NCBI GenBank assembly: GCA_016182385.1
Contig: JACPGV010000011.1
Span: 22,888-86,887 of the forward strand
DNA: 64,000 nucleotides
From: Candidatus Moraniibacteriota bacterium
GTDB taxonomy: Bacteria > Patescibacteriota > Minisyncoccia > Moranbacterales > UBA1568
Reading direction: 5' to 3'
This document shows positions 1 through 9,490 of this stretch, one piece after another. Position 1 is the first letter of the stretch; the number at the start of each line of letters is the position of its first letter. Below the pieces are notes generated by a model that saw nothing but the letters and a program-made list of their open reading frames with translations, was not told the DNA's origin and ran no database searches. The position numbers and the translations under genes are program-made.

Positions 1-233
1 ACAAGTGAAAAGGATCCTGAACGATATTGCGCTTCCTCCAAGGCAAGCTTGATACCATTACTTATTCCCTGCCCCACTGTAATACCGCGCATGGGAAAAC
101 TCGTAACGATTTTTATTGTCTCGCCAGGTGCCACTCTCTTCTGTGAAAAATTTTCTTTGTTCATCCAAAAAATGGCCACAACAAAAAAAGTAACTACGGC
201 AAAACCGCCCAGTACCCATTTATGTGATTGCAT
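1..233 (-). CDS. ABC transporter substrate-binding protein (type I periplasmic binding protein, Leu/Ile/Val-binding-like), N-terminal ~77 aa only; gene runs off the window start
   Basis: Minus-strand ATG at 233, hydrophobic signal/anchor (LGGFAVVTFFVVAIFW), then IKIVTSFPMRGITVGQGISNGIKLALEE, which resembles the N-terminus of LivJ/LivK-type binding proteins; no stop before position 1. Confidence 0.45.
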   Translation of the reverse strand, partial: MQSHKWVLGGFAVVTFFVVAIFWMNKENFSQKRVAPGETIKIVTSFPMRGITVGQGISNGIKLALEEAQYRSGSFSL

Positions 234-323
234 AAGTGTAATGCCCCCTCCCAAACATTAAAAAAGACCTTGTTTGTTTTTTTTAAAAATACAAACGTTA
301 TCTTGAATATAGCACATTTTTTG

Positions 324-500
324 TTTTTACAACCTCTCTCCATTTTTTTGAGAGTGTAGTTTCGACTTTTCTAAAGATTCTTTGGTTCTTTTGGCACCTA
401 ATTGGATAATTCGAAAAATCCCAAAAGCTCCCACGATGGACGCAAAGAGCGTTTCTTTATTCCAAAAAACTTCTTCTATGGTAATAATATATTCATTCAT
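324..500 (-). CDS. small hypothetical membrane protein (~58 aa, 1 TM)
   Basis: Short minus ORF MNEYIITIEEVFWNKETLFASIVGAFGIFRIIQLGAKR..., below the ORF-track size cutoff; no recognisable family. Confidence 0.2.
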
Positions 501-556
501 ATGTTAACGACCCTTACAAATCCCTCAGGTATATTTTCAAGAGACCTGTTTTCTTG

Positions 557-1012
557 TTATAAGTGAAAAAGTTGATGGATGATAACTCCTTCTTTTTTGA
601 ATCGACCATTTTCTTGAAACGTATTGTAACACAATGGCCGTATCTTACGTAAGACATTTTTTTCGTCTATACTCTTTACTTGAATATCAAACATATCTTC
701 CGAAACAGTCCCTCTTTTTTTGAAAACGCTTCTGGCGGCCTCTCTATTCCCGTCAAACCAAACACAGGTAAAGCCGTTATCTTTCAAATAACGCGCTATT
801 TCCAAGGAAGATTCTTCTGGTGGAAATCCCCAAGTAATCACGATATTATTTGTATTTTTTACCAGTCGTTCAAAAAAAACAAGAGAGAGATTTTCAACTT
901 CACCAAAAAGCGGTCCCTCCAAATCAATATGAAGAAACCCATAATGTTTTTCTAGACTATTGCCGATGGTCGTTTTTCCGGTTCCCGGAATACCACAAAT
1001 GAATAATTTCAT
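557..1012 (-). CDS. P-loop NTPase, nucleoside/nucleotide kinase-like (AAA domain)
   Basis: Walker A GIPGTGKTT near the N-terminus; 151 aa; size and layout of adenylate/shikimate-kinase-like small kinases. Confidence 0.55.
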   Translation of the reverse strand: MKLFICGIPGTGKTTIGNSLEKHYGFLHIDLEGPLFGEVENLSLVFFERLVKNTNNIVITWGFPPEESSLEIARYLKDNGFTCVWFDGNREAARSVFKKRGTVSEDMFDIQVKSIDEKNVLRKIRPLCYNTFQENGRFKKEGVIIHQLFHL

Positions 1013-1052
1013 ATTGAAACGTCATAACAAATCCTCGGATTTTTTACAAAAG

Positions 1053-1124
1053 CTGGGGAGGTAGGAATCGAACCTACGCATACCAGGGCCAGAACCTGGT
1101 GCCTTACCGCTTGGCTACTCCCCA
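1053..1124 (-). tRNA. tRNA-Gln (anticodon CUG)
   Basis: Reverse complement reads UGGGGAGUAGCCAAGCGGUAAGGCACCAGG-UUCUGGC-CCUGG...GUAGGUUCGAUUCCUACCUCCCCAG. It has a 7-bp acceptor stem, D-arm, anticodon loop UUCUGGC (CUG), T-arm GUAGG/CCUAC and discriminator G; CCA is not encoded. The 5' end resembles bacterial tRNA-Gln. Confidence 0.8.
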
Positions 1125-1206
1125 ATATCTCAAAATTTTACTTCGTTATCGTAGCAGAAAGTTACTCTTGAATCAAGAAAAAACGCCGCGGCGGAAATAT
1201 ACTCCG

Positions 1207-1857
1207 TTACGGCGTCAGCATGAGGTACAAGCGCTCATCCGTCTCGAGCGTGCTTTGCCTGAGCTCTTCAAACAAAAAATCATGATGCTCGCTGAGCGGC
1301 AGAACATATTTTTTCGTTTCTTCATTTTTTCGTTGTTGTTGTTCTTTATCGCAGAAGCTAAGTGTCAATTGATTATGAAGACGATCGGCAATTTTAACTG
1401 CCGCAAAATCAAATTGATCTTTAATGCCACGAAAATAAAACTCTTTTCGTTCCGCTTCATAATCGTAGTAATACAAATTACGATCAACAGTGCACGCAGC
1501 GACGATATCGGCTGTTCGTACACTGCTCAAACGACAAACGCGTTCCCTATCCCATTTTTGAGGGAATTCCTCCATAATATCATGTAACAAGGTTGCCGCA
1601 AGTAATTCAGCATCCTCAACCATGTCACAATACACCACAAGAATTGCCATCGTAGCGTATAAGTGTGACACATACGGATCGCCGCTATATCTTTTAATTT
1701 TGACAAACTCTTTTCGTACAATGGCGTCGACGGATCGCAAAAAATTGATGTCTTTTTGACTCAATATTTTTTTATTCTCGATATACTGAAATAACAACTG
1801 ATTCCCGAAACAGCGGATAACTCGGCGCAGAAGCGCCAAACGCGGGTAGTGTCCCAT
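1207..1857 (-). CDS. HD-domain (p)ppGpp pyrophosphohydrolase-like protein (SpoT/RelA hydrolase-domain-only, small alarmone hydrolase-like)
   Basis: PYVSHLYATMAIL ... AATLLHDIMEE ... ADRLHN match the H..H / HD / D signature of the Rel/SpoT HD hydrolase domain; 216 aa with no synthetase domain. Confidence 0.6.
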   Translation of the reverse strand: MGHYPRLALLRRVIRCFGNQLLFQYIENKKILSQKDINFLRSVDAIVRKEFVKIKRYSGDPYVSHLYATMAILVVYCDMVEDAELLAATLLHDIMEEFPQKWDRERVCRLSSVRTADIVAACTVDRNLYYYDYEAERKEFYFRGIKDQFDFAAVKIADRLHNQLTLSFCDKEQQQRKNEETKKYVLPLSEHHDFLFEELRQSTLETDERLYLMLTP

Positions 1858-1935
1858 GGCGCATTCCTTTCAAGATTGGTAAGTAACCGGAAAGTGAATG
1901 TTATCAAGGAAAAAAGCTCCTGTCAAAGAAATGTT

Positions 1936-2850
1936 TTATATCTTGAGATAACGACGGATGGCAATCGCGCTCGAGAGAACGCCCAAAGAAATACCCAATA
2001 AAACAAGTCCGCCAAAAAGAACCCAGAAATAATCATAATACAAATGTAAGAAATTCCCCTGCGCTATTGCTCCTTCGGTAAGAGGAGCGATAAAACGAGC
2101 GGCAATAAAGAGGAAAAGCATCGTAACCACCGAAGCAACCAACCCATACAACGCGCCTTCAAAAACAAATGGCATACGCACATAGATATTGGAAGCACCG
2201 ACAAGACGCATAATTTCAAATTCTTGACGATGAGAGTAGATAGTAATGCGAATAGTATTAAACGTAATAAGAATAGCGATAAACACAAACAATGATCCGA
2301 GGAGTATTCCGGCCTTTCGAGTTGCCTGATTGATTCTATCCAATCGATCAAAAATCTTTTTATTCTTGGCATAATTGATGCGACTCACATCATTCTGAAA
2401 TGTCGATCCCTCAATTTGTTGCACGATAAGTGGATAGTCTTCCGGTCGCACTGCTTTGATGACGAGCGAAGCGAGAAGCGGATTCTCCCCAATTTCCTCG
2501 ATGGCTTGCGCAATGACGGGATCATTATTACTTTCAGCAAGAAATTGTTCAAGAGCCTGCTCACGTGATATATATTCCACAGAAACAATCTCTTTCTTAT
2601 AACGACTCAGCTCATTGCGTACCTCCAAAATTTTCTCTTCACTGACATCAGGATTGAAAGAGACGCTGATATTTACTTTTTCTCTCATGTTTTGTAGCAC
2701 CAACTTGGTGGTAACGCCAAGTAAGAAAGAAAGACTGACAATAAATAACGACAAGGTCAAAATACTGATAGTAGCAAACGTCAGCCAACCGTTACGACGG
2801 AAATTTTCCCTCCCCTCTTTAAAAGTGCGCCAAAGCTTGAGTGTTTTCAT
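1936..2850 (-). CDS. ftsX: cell division ABC transporter permease FtsX
   Basis: 304 aa; N-terminal TM, large periplasmic loop and three C-terminal TMs; immediately downstream of ftsE. Confidence 0.85.
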   Translation of the reverse strand: MKTLKLWRTFKEGRENFRRNGWLTFATISILTLSLFIVSLSFLLGVTTKLVLQNMREKVNISVSFNPDVSEEKILEVRNELSRYKKEIVSVEYISREQALEQFLAESNNDPVIAQAIEEIGENPLLASLVIKAVRPEDYPLIVQQIEGSTFQNDVSRINYAKNKKIFDRLDRINQATRKAGILLGSLFVFIAILITFNTIRITIYSHRQEFEIMRLVGASNIYVRMPFVFEGALYGLVASVVTMLFLFIAARFIAPLTEGAIAQGNFLHLYYDYFWVLFGGLVLLGISLGVLSSAIAIRRYLKI

Positions 2851-2863
2851 AAATAAAAAATAT

Positions 2864-3562
2864 CTAATTTAAAGCGTATTTTCCTTTCGTTTGATCGTGA
2901 ACAATTTTTTGATCATTTATAACGATGACGCGCTTGCCAATTTTATCGACGATTCCTTTATTATGAGTAGCCAAAAGCACCGTTGTGCCAAAAGAATTTA
3001 TTTCCAAAAGAAGCTGAATGATTTCATTGGCTGAGACAGGGTCGAGGTTGCCGGTCGGCTCATCGGCAATGATAACTTTTGGACGATGAATGAGCGCGCG
3101 AGCCAGCGAAACACGCTGTTGTTCTCCTCCGGAAAGTTGCCTGGGAAATTTATGCATCTTGTCACCCAGACCGACGATCTCAAGAATTTCCGGTACTTCT
3201 TGGTTGATTTCTTCCGTGCTTTTACCATCCACCTCCAGGGCGTACGCTACATTTTCAAATGCTGTTCGTTGTGGTAATAATTTGAAATCTTGAAAAACCG
3301 TGCCGATATTGCGTCGAAAAAAAGGAAGGTGCTTACGATTGATTTGTCCTATGGAGCGACCATTGAAATATACCTCTCCTGTTGTCGGAATTTCTTCGGC
3401 ATAAATGAGTTTGAGAAGTGTCGACTTGCCGGCGCCGCTTGGTCCGACGATACAAACAAACTCTCCCGGCATGATAGAAAGCGTCACATTTTCCAATACG
3501 GAAATATCCACTGGAAAAATTTTTGTTACGGCATCAAAATGAATAATGGGTGTCGCTGGCAT
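2864..3562 (-). CDS. ftsE: cell division ATP-binding protein FtsE
   Basis: Walker A GPSGAGKST, ABC signature LSGGEQQRVSLARAL, Walker B IIADEPT; 232 aa; forms the ftsEX pair. Confidence 0.9.
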   Translation of the reverse strand: MPATPIIHFDAVTKIFPVDISVLENVTLSIMPGEFVCIVGPSGAGKSTLLKLIYAEEIPTTGEVYFNGRSIGQINRKHLPFFRRNIGTVFQDFKLLPQRTAFENVAYALEVDGKSTEEINQEVPEILEIVGLGDKMHKFPRQLSGGEQQRVSLARALIHRPKVIIADEPTGNLDPVSANEIIQLLLEINSFGTTVLLATHNKGIVDKIGKRVIVINDQKIVHDQTKGKYALN

Positions 3563-3568
3563 AGTATT

Positions 3569-4661
3569 TTATTTTTTTTGCAAATATTTTAACGCGCTTT
3601 CTATAAATTCATCAAGTTGACCATCAAGAACTTTGGCCGTGTTGCTTGTTTCTGTTTCTGTCCGATGATCTTTTACAAGGGTATACGGGTGAAGAACATA
3701 CGAACGAATCTGATTTCCCCATTCCGCGCTCTTTTGCTCTCCGCGCAAAATTCGTTTTGCTTCCTCTTGTTCCTCCAATTGTTTCTTTATCAATTTTGAA
3801 CGGAGTATTTTCATGGCCTCTTCACGATTTTGCAACTGCGAACGCTCATTTTGCGAGGAGACAATAATTCCGGTCGGAAGATGCGTAATGCGAACAGCGC
3901 TTTCGGTTTTATTGACGTGTTGACCGCCAGCGCCCGATGCTCGATAGGTATCAATCCGCAAATTCTCAGGCTTTATTTCTATTGCCTTGACATCATCGAC
4001 AACCGGAAGCACTTCAACAGAAGCAAACGAGGTTTGCCGCAAGCTATTGGCATTAAACGGTGAGAGACGTACCAAACGATGAATACCGGCCTCGCTTCGC
4101 AAATAACCATAAGCGTACGCACCGGAAATTTCTATCGTGGCACTCTTGATGCCTGCTTCATTCCCTCGAGACTCTTCTATGCACCGCGCTTGCCAATCAT
4201 GTTGTTCAGCATAACGGAGATACATCCGAAGAAGCATTTCCGCCCAATCCTGAGCATCCACACCACCGGCACCACTCCGTATCGTCACAAGAGCATCACG
4301 CATATCATATTCTCCCCCGAGAAGCGTGCGAAATTCCCATTCATCAATGGTGTGTTTGGCTTTTTTGTACTCATGTTCAAGTTCTGCTACATCAGCCGCG
4401 TCAAGATTGGAAAATTCGGCAAGTGTCTCGAGATCGGAAAGCGTTTTTTCAAGTTTTTCAAAAGAATTTTTTTCACTTTGAAGCACCTCAAGCTCTCGCA
4501 TTATCCTCCCGGCCACCTGCGCATCATTCCAAAAATCAGGACGCGCGCTCATGTCACGCAACTCCTTCACCCGAGTCTCTTTCGTGGAGAAGTCAAAGAT
4601 AGTCCTGCAATTGCAGGAGTTTTTGTCGAAGAACAACGATATTTTCCTGTATCGTACTCAT
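3569..4661 (-). CDS. prfB: peptide chain release factor 2, with programmed +1 ribosomal frameshift
   Basis: GGQ motif SGAGGQHVNKTESAVRITHLPTGI. Upstream frame-0 ORF ATG(4661) encodes MSTIQENIVVLRQKLLQLQDYL, then an in-frame UGA at 4593-4595 inside the classic shifty sequence CUU UGA C. The +1 frame continues DFSTKETRVKELRD... to the stop at 3569. Confidence 0.9.
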
Positions 4662-4759
4662 ACGTTTGTCAGTATAACATATATTTTTAACAGAAAAAAG
4701 CCTCCTTGAAAAAAAACTTCTTCTCCTTTACAATGGGTGGAGTCAAAGAATGCCCCCGT

Positions 4760-4835
4760 GCCGATGTAGCTCAGTTGGTAGAGCGACGCACTCGTAACGC
4801 GTAGGTCACCAGTTCAATCCTGGTCATCGGCTCCA
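4760..4835 (+). tRNA. tRNA-Thr (anticodon CGU)
   Basis: GCCGAUGUAGCUCAGUUGGUAGAGC...CUCGUAA loop (CGU)...GGUCACCAGUUCAAUCCUGGUCAUCGGCUCCA; 7-bp acceptor stem with encoded CCA; resembles bacterial tRNA-Thr. Confidence 0.8.
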
Positions 4836-4843
4836 AAGAAAAA

Positions 4844-4870
4844 CAGCCTTTTCCAAGGCTGTTTTTTTTA
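4844..4870 (+). terminator. intrinsic terminator after tRNA-Thr
   Basis: Hairpin CAGCCUU-UUCC-AAGGCUG followed by a U8 run. Confidence 0.55.
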
Positions 4871-4890
4871 TTATTTTCCTTTTTTTGAGG

Positions 4891-5937
4891 TTATTTCGCC
4901 AGTTCATCCTCAACAGCTTTTTTCAGAGTTTCAAAACCTACCGCACCTGAAAGAAACGTGCCGTTAACAAAGGTTCCCGGTGTGCCACCAATGGAAAACT
5001 GCGCGGCCTCCAATTGATCGGCATTGACCTTATCAAGATATTTTTTTGTATCAAGACAAGTTGCAAATTGATTATTCTGCAAACCAAGACGCCAAGCATA
5101 ATTTTTAAATGCCTGCACCCCACTTGTTTTTGACCATTCTTCTTGTTTCGCAAAAAGCAAAGCGGCATATTGGCGAAACTTTCCTTGATCATGAGCGCAA
5201 AAGGCGGCGAGCGCGGCATTTTCGGCCTGATTATGGAAAGAAAGCGGGAGATGTTTGTAGACAAACGTTACCTTGCCTTCATATTCTTTCAACAATCGTT
5301 CGATATCAAGATGAAAAGCGCGACAGTAGGGACATTGAAAATCCGCGAATTCTACAATTTTTACGGGAGCATCTTTAACACCAAGGATTATGTCGGTATC
5401 ATCAATACGGGGTAATTGTAAATACTTGCCTACCGGCAAACCGATTTTCCCCATATCGAAAAAATATCGCTCATCTTGTTTTTCGAACAAACTGGATGCC
5501 TGAGCGAAAAAATCAGTTTCCTCAATATTTTCAGAAAAAATAAATGCCGGTAATGACTTTATCTGAAATCGCGCAACGAGCAATCTTCCTAATTCAGAAT
5601 CGCCATCTACTGGTGAAGCCTCAAGCGTAGGTATAACACGACGAAGCCACAAAAGCGCCTCGCTCGGATCACACGCGATACAATTTTCATCAGTAATCAC
5701 CTGCACTTCTACCTTTGGTTCATCATAAGACACCCATACCTTACCGGCGGTCTCCACGATAGCGTGGTCACGTAAAGCTCCACCGGAAAAACCTTGTCCG
5801 GTGAGCAATTGACCAAAATCAACAAATAAGCCTCCTACAAACAAACCGGCAAGTAAAACCGCCAAGGCAGCCAAGTTTCTTGCCTTTTGGCGATCGGTTT
5901 CCACGGCTTCAGTTTTTTCAGAAAAAAGTGTTTCCAT
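4891..5937 (-). CDS. DsbA-family thiol:disulfide oxidoreductase (membrane-anchored thioredoxin-fold protein)
   Basis: CPYC active site (FADFQCPYCRAFH); N-terminal TM (LAALAVLLAGLFVGGLF); a second degenerate thioredoxin-like segment upstream (ENCIACD). Start trimmed to METLFSEK (ATG at 5937); the ORF track extends to 5979. Confidence 0.7.
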   Translation of the reverse strand: METLFSEKTEAVETDRQKARNLAALAVLLAGLFVGGLFVDFGQLLTGQGFSGGALRDHAIVETAGKVWVSYDEPKVEVQVITDENCIACDPSEALLWLRRVIPTLEASPVDGDSELGRLLVARFQIKSLPAFIFSENIEETDFFAQASSLFEKQDERYFFDMGKIGLPVGKYLQLPRIDDTDIILGVKDAPVKIVEFADFQCPYCRAFHLDIERLLKEYEGKVTFVYKHLPLSFHNQAENAALAAFCAHDQGKFRQYAALLFAKQEEWSKTSGVQAFKNYAWRLGLQNNQFATCLDTKKYLDKVNADQLEAAQFSIGGTPGTFVNGTFLSGAVGFETLKKAVEDELAK

Positions 5938-5956
5938 AAAAAATATCTCTAAAAAA

Positions 5957-6415
5957 TTATTGGGAACAGGCTCCGCCAACCTCTTGTCTCGACGAAACAG
6001 AGGAGCCGCCAGAACGTATCAGAAAGTCTTCTAGCGCATCCAAATCATAAGTCTTTTCATTGGACGAAAGGAGATAATCATCAAAACCGATTGTCAAATA
6101 ATTTTCCGCTGACGTTTTGAAAAACGCACCCAAAAAAAGAGCCACGATAAAAATTACCAAAAGCCCTCGCAAGGAGTAATTCAAAGAAAAAAAACTACTA
6201 AAAATATCTTGTGATTTTTGAAGAGAAAAAGCCGTACTTTTTCTGACGGATTGGTATTTTTCACCAATATTTTTCATAAAATTCGAAACAGCTGACCGTT
6301 GGAACGTCTTTGCTTTCTCAAAAATTGTTTCGATTTTCTCCTGCCACTCTTGAAAACGCGCATTATCAAACATAGCGTTTTCCTCCCCCTCCGGAAGGCT
6401 ATTAGTAATTGACAT
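5957..6415 (-). CDS. hypothetical membrane protein
   Basis: 152 aa with one predicted TM (LLVIFIVALFLGAFF); no family recognised. Confidence 0.35.
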   Translation of the reverse strand: MSITNSLPEGEENAMFDNARFQEWQEKIETIFEKAKTFQRSAVSNFMKNIGEKYQSVRKSTAFSLQKSQDIFSSFFSLNYSLRGLLVIFIVALFLGAFFKTSAENYLTIGFDDYLLSSNEKTYDLDALEDFLIRSGGSSVSSRQEVGGACSQ

Positions 6416-6456
6416 ACCAATCTATCACAACCAAGACGGCCTTGTCAAAACAAGTT

Positions 6457-6795
6457 CTACAACTTGTCAATGGTATCGAGCATATCATCCAATTCATCTA
6501 TACTTTTTACGCCGAGACCGTCCGCTTTACATGATGGATCAGCCAACTCCTTGCGCACCTGTTCGACGGCAAGGAACGGCTTGACTCCTTTCACGATATT
6601 GTCATTAATAACGATGATTGGACCTTCGGCACAATAACCAAGACATCCGTTTATTGGTAAAACAATCGCCTCGTCTTTCTCCAATCCCTCTTTCAAATTG
6701 GTATATATTTTTTCTGCTTCTTTCAAACGACACTTTCCCCCAAGGCATACTTTAATCGTCGCGCGAACATCCTTTTTTTTGTCCAATATCTCCAT
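6457..6795 (-). CDS. thioredoxin-like [2Fe-2S] ferredoxin family protein
   Basis: Cys pattern C17-x4-C22 ... C51-x3-C55 (VCLGGKC ... NGCLGYCAEGP) is typical of NuoE-like thioredoxin-fold 2Fe-2S ferredoxins; 112 aa. Confidence 0.5.
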   Translation of the reverse strand: MEILDKKKDVRATIKVCLGGKCRLKEAEKIYTNLKEGLEKDEAIVLPINGCLGYCAEGPIIVINDNIVKGVKPFLAVEQVRKELADPSCKADGLGVKSIDELDDMLDTIDKL

Positions 6796-6818
6796 AGAAT
6801 CTCAAACGAAAACATTTT

Positions 6819-7394
6819 TTAATATTCTGGCCACAACGTATCCAAAAGATCGTTCCGTCCATCACCGGTTTTGGCGGAATAACGAATGACCGGGGCACCC
6901 GGAAACTCACTCTTGAACGCATAGATGTTCTTTGTCACATCATTTCGCTTGCCTTTATCAGATTTGTTGGCAAGAATAAGAACCTTGCGACCGTATTCTT
7001 TAAGAAGAGCAAATGTTTCTCTGTCGGAATTTTTGGCGCCTACCTCAGCATCAACGACAAGAACTGCCCACGTAAGATTTATCCGCATATCAGCGGCATA
7101 CCATGAAAGATATTTGCCAAGTTTGATGCGTAAGGTTTCCGGTAGTTTTGCATAACCGTACCCCGGTAAATCAGCTATATACCAGCTATCATTAACAAGA
7201 AAATAATTTATTTCTGTTGTTCGACCGGCACGGGAGTTGGAGTGCGCCAAATCTTTCCGTTGGACGATCGAATTAATAACGCTTGATTTTCCCACATTGG
7301 AACGCCCAAAAAAAGCCACTGTTGGACGAGATGGTTCCGGCAAGCCCTCAGATCCTATTACCCCTTTTATGAATTTGGCAGAATGTATCTTCAT
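6819..7394 (-). CDS. engB: ribosome biogenesis GTP-binding protein YsxC/EngB
   Basis: G1 FFGRSNVGKSS, G3 DLPGYG, G4 NKSDK; conserved EngB layout. Start trimmed to MKIHSAKFIKG; the ORF track extends to 7448. Confidence 0.85.
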   Translation of the reverse strand: MKIHSAKFIKGVIGSEGLPEPSRPTVAFFGRSNVGKSSVINSIVQRKDLAHSNSRAGRTTEINYFLVNDSWYIADLPGYGYAKLPETLRIKLGKYLSWYAADMRINLTWAVLVVDAEVGAKNSDRETFALLKEYGRKVLILANKSDKGKRNDVTKNIYAFKSEFPGAPVIRYSAKTGDGRNDLLDTLWPEY

Positions 7395-7463
7395 AGAAAA
7401 TAATTCTACCACATATAAAAGAAAAAGTCCATTGAAAACTTTTCTCACGCCACGGGCCTTTTT

Positions 7464-7955
7464 TTATCTTGTAAGTGAGAGATCGGCGGAATTGAAAAGA
7501 ACGGCAAAATCCTCGCACCACGTCAGCGCGTAGCGATATTTGGAGATATCAACGCCTTGTGGCACGGAATAATTGATATTCCCCTCCGTTCCCTTGATCG
7601 GTCCGAGATCGACGAAATCGCTCGCTTTGAGGTCATTGGCGAGATAGACGCGCACATCGGGACCATTGATCGTCTTGTATTCCTCGTAACGGACGATCGT
7701 CTCGTCGCCATTTTGTACGAGGCGTACGAATCCGCTCGCCGGATGGGTCGGCGTATCCACTACCGGCGCTCGTCTGACTTCTTGCGCTTCTTCTTCGAGC
7801 GGGACTACTGATTCGTCGCTCTTTGTCTTTTGATCAACCACAGTATTTTCCGGCAGAGCATCGTTCACCGTCTTGTTTTTCAAAAGCGGCGACAGACCGT
7901 ACCACGCTATTCCGACGACCACAATGCCGATAATGATAAAAATCGCCTTTTTCAT
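7464..7955 (-). CDS. hypothetical secreted/membrane-anchored protein
   Basis: N-terminal TM/signal (KKAIFIIIGIVVVGIAW) then a ~130 aa soluble domain with a conserved Trp/Cys (ALTWCEDF); no confident family. Confidence 0.4.
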   Translation of the reverse strand: MKKAIFIIIGIVVVGIAWYGLSPLLKNKTVNDALPENTVVDQKTKSDESVVPLEEEAQEVRRAPVVDTPTHPASGFVRLVQNGDETIVRYEEYKTINGPDVRVYLANDLKASDFVDLGPIKGTEGNINYSVPQGVDISKYRYALTWCEDFAVLFNSADLSLTR

Positions 7956-8222
7956 ACTCTGAGTTTTAATTTCCGGCGATGACACTCACATATTGGCCGA
8001 TGTAGTACGGCCACAGAACGATCGCGAGAACGCCCTTCCAAAACGACAGTTTGAGGAAGCCGATCGTAAAAAGCCACCCCGTGCACCACGAGAACCCCGT
8101 AAAACTATGATTTTCGATTTTCACCTTGTCCATAAAACGTTTCTTAAATAATTAATTATAAAAAATTATGTGGCGATCAAGCCGAGAATATTCTTGTGCT
8201 GATATGATACATACTTTGTTGA

Positions 8223-8723
8223 TTATCGTTTCAGAATGAGGCCCTCGAGCACATCCGAGGCGGTGGCGATGAGAGCGGAAACAAAGATGAGAAAAAGGCC
8301 GATAACAACACCACCCGCGATATCCTCCCTTGCTTCACGTTGAATTGTGAAAAAATAAACTTCCGCTCCTAGAATAAAAGCGACGAGTATCATCGCAGAG
8401 TATTTTATTGTCCGCACGGCTTTCGCCGACGCTTCTGAAAACGCTTCATCGTGTCGTATATATCCCAACAATTTGAATGCCTGATAGAGTGCTACGAAGA
8501 ACGCGACGGAAGCGGTATACACGTACCAAAGAAACGGATCGTGGAAATAAATCTGATAAAGCGTGGCGCCAACATTCCTCCCCTCAAGATGGGGCTCCCA
8601 CAATACGAAGACAAGTGTCCCGATACCGAGGGCCACAACGACCGCTTGAAGAAATATCGTCGAGCATCGTTTCATACCGCCAGTATAGCAGGTTTTCGGA
8701 AAAATACTGCAATAATAAGCCAA
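8223..8723 (-). CDS. hypothetical integral membrane protein
   Basis: 166 aa with 4 predicted TMs; no family recognised. Confidence 0.4.
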   Translation of the reverse strand: MAYYCSIFPKTCYTGGMKRCSTIFLQAVVVALGIGTLVFVLWEPHLEGRNVGATLYQIYFHDPFLWYVYTASVAFFVALYQAFKLLGYIRHDEAFSEASAKAVRTIKYSAMILVAFILGAEVYFFTIQREAREDIAGGVVIGLFLIFVSALIATASDVLEGLILKR

Positions 8724-8823
8724 GAAACTAAGGCGGACGTATTGACATCAACCGTAGATCTGCTATAATAGAAACATTCAGACGAAAAGGGATCCGAACG
8801 GCTAATTACCTAAGGAGCCCTTT

Positions 8824-9330
8824 TTATTTTGCCCCAATTTTCTCACGGACAAATTCAAGATAATCAAAATACTCGGAGCCTAGCTTCTTATAGAGCGACG
8901 AAGCATATTGTCTATTCGGGAAAAGCATCTTACCAAATTTCCTTTCTTCGATGAGAAAATCCACCAGCATCTTGTAATCCCCATCGCCGGATACGAGGAA
9001 TATTTTCCCGGGAACTTCCGCCTTACACATCCGCTTCATCGTCTGAAAGATGATATCCGAATCGACATTCCCTTTCTTCTTACCGAGCATCGCGGCATTG
9101 TGCTCGCGAAACATCAGCACGAAACCAGCTGCCTGTATTTCCTCATACAATTCCTCATTCGTTTCCTGGACATAGCCGAGGAAATAGTACGCCTTTGCGA
9201 TGCCATACTTTTGCTCTAGATACACGCGGAAACGCCGCAAGTCTATCCTCCACGGATCCCGCTCACGCTTGGCCGTACCCATATAGAGGTTTTGGCCATC
9301 AATGAATGCCAAGTTCTCTTTTTTTTCCAT
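8824..9330 (-). CDS. NYN-domain (LabA-like PIN-fold) putative RNase
   Basis: FIDGQNLY ... DSDI ... LVSGDGDY acidic-residue pattern characteristic of the NYN/LabA family; 168 aa. Confidence 0.7.
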   Translation of the reverse strand: MEKKENLAFIDGQNLYMGTAKRERDPWRIDLRRFRVYLEQKYGIAKAYYFLGYVQETNEELYEEIQAAGFVLMFREHNAAMLGKKKGNVDSDIIFQTMKRMCKAEVPGKIFLVSGDGDYKMLVDFLIEERKFGKMLFPNRQYASSLYKKLGSEYFDYLEFVREKIGAK

Positions 9331-9490
9331 AAGGTTTTTATTTCAATACCCTTATTCTCCCACGAAATTGATGGTTTTGAAAATATTACCCCAGCCGACG
9401 GTCATCATTTGGTGTAACAATTCGGTTTTTCTTTAAAAAAGGTACTTGACTCCATTTTTCTGCTCAGTTGAGGATCGACCTTAATTAGAT

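Noticed and set aside
49-261. 70-aa plus-strand ORF at the window start
   Set aside because: It lies antisense to a much more convincing minus-strand periplasmic-binding-protein N-terminus (ATG at 233) and has no RBS or recognisable motifs.
7966-8132. Possible ~55-aa minus-strand ORF (MDKVKIENHSFTGFSWCTGWLFTIGFLKLSF...) between 7985 and 8223
   Set aside because: My manual codon count was off by one between its start and stop positions, so I could not fix the coordinates confidently. It is small and unsupported.
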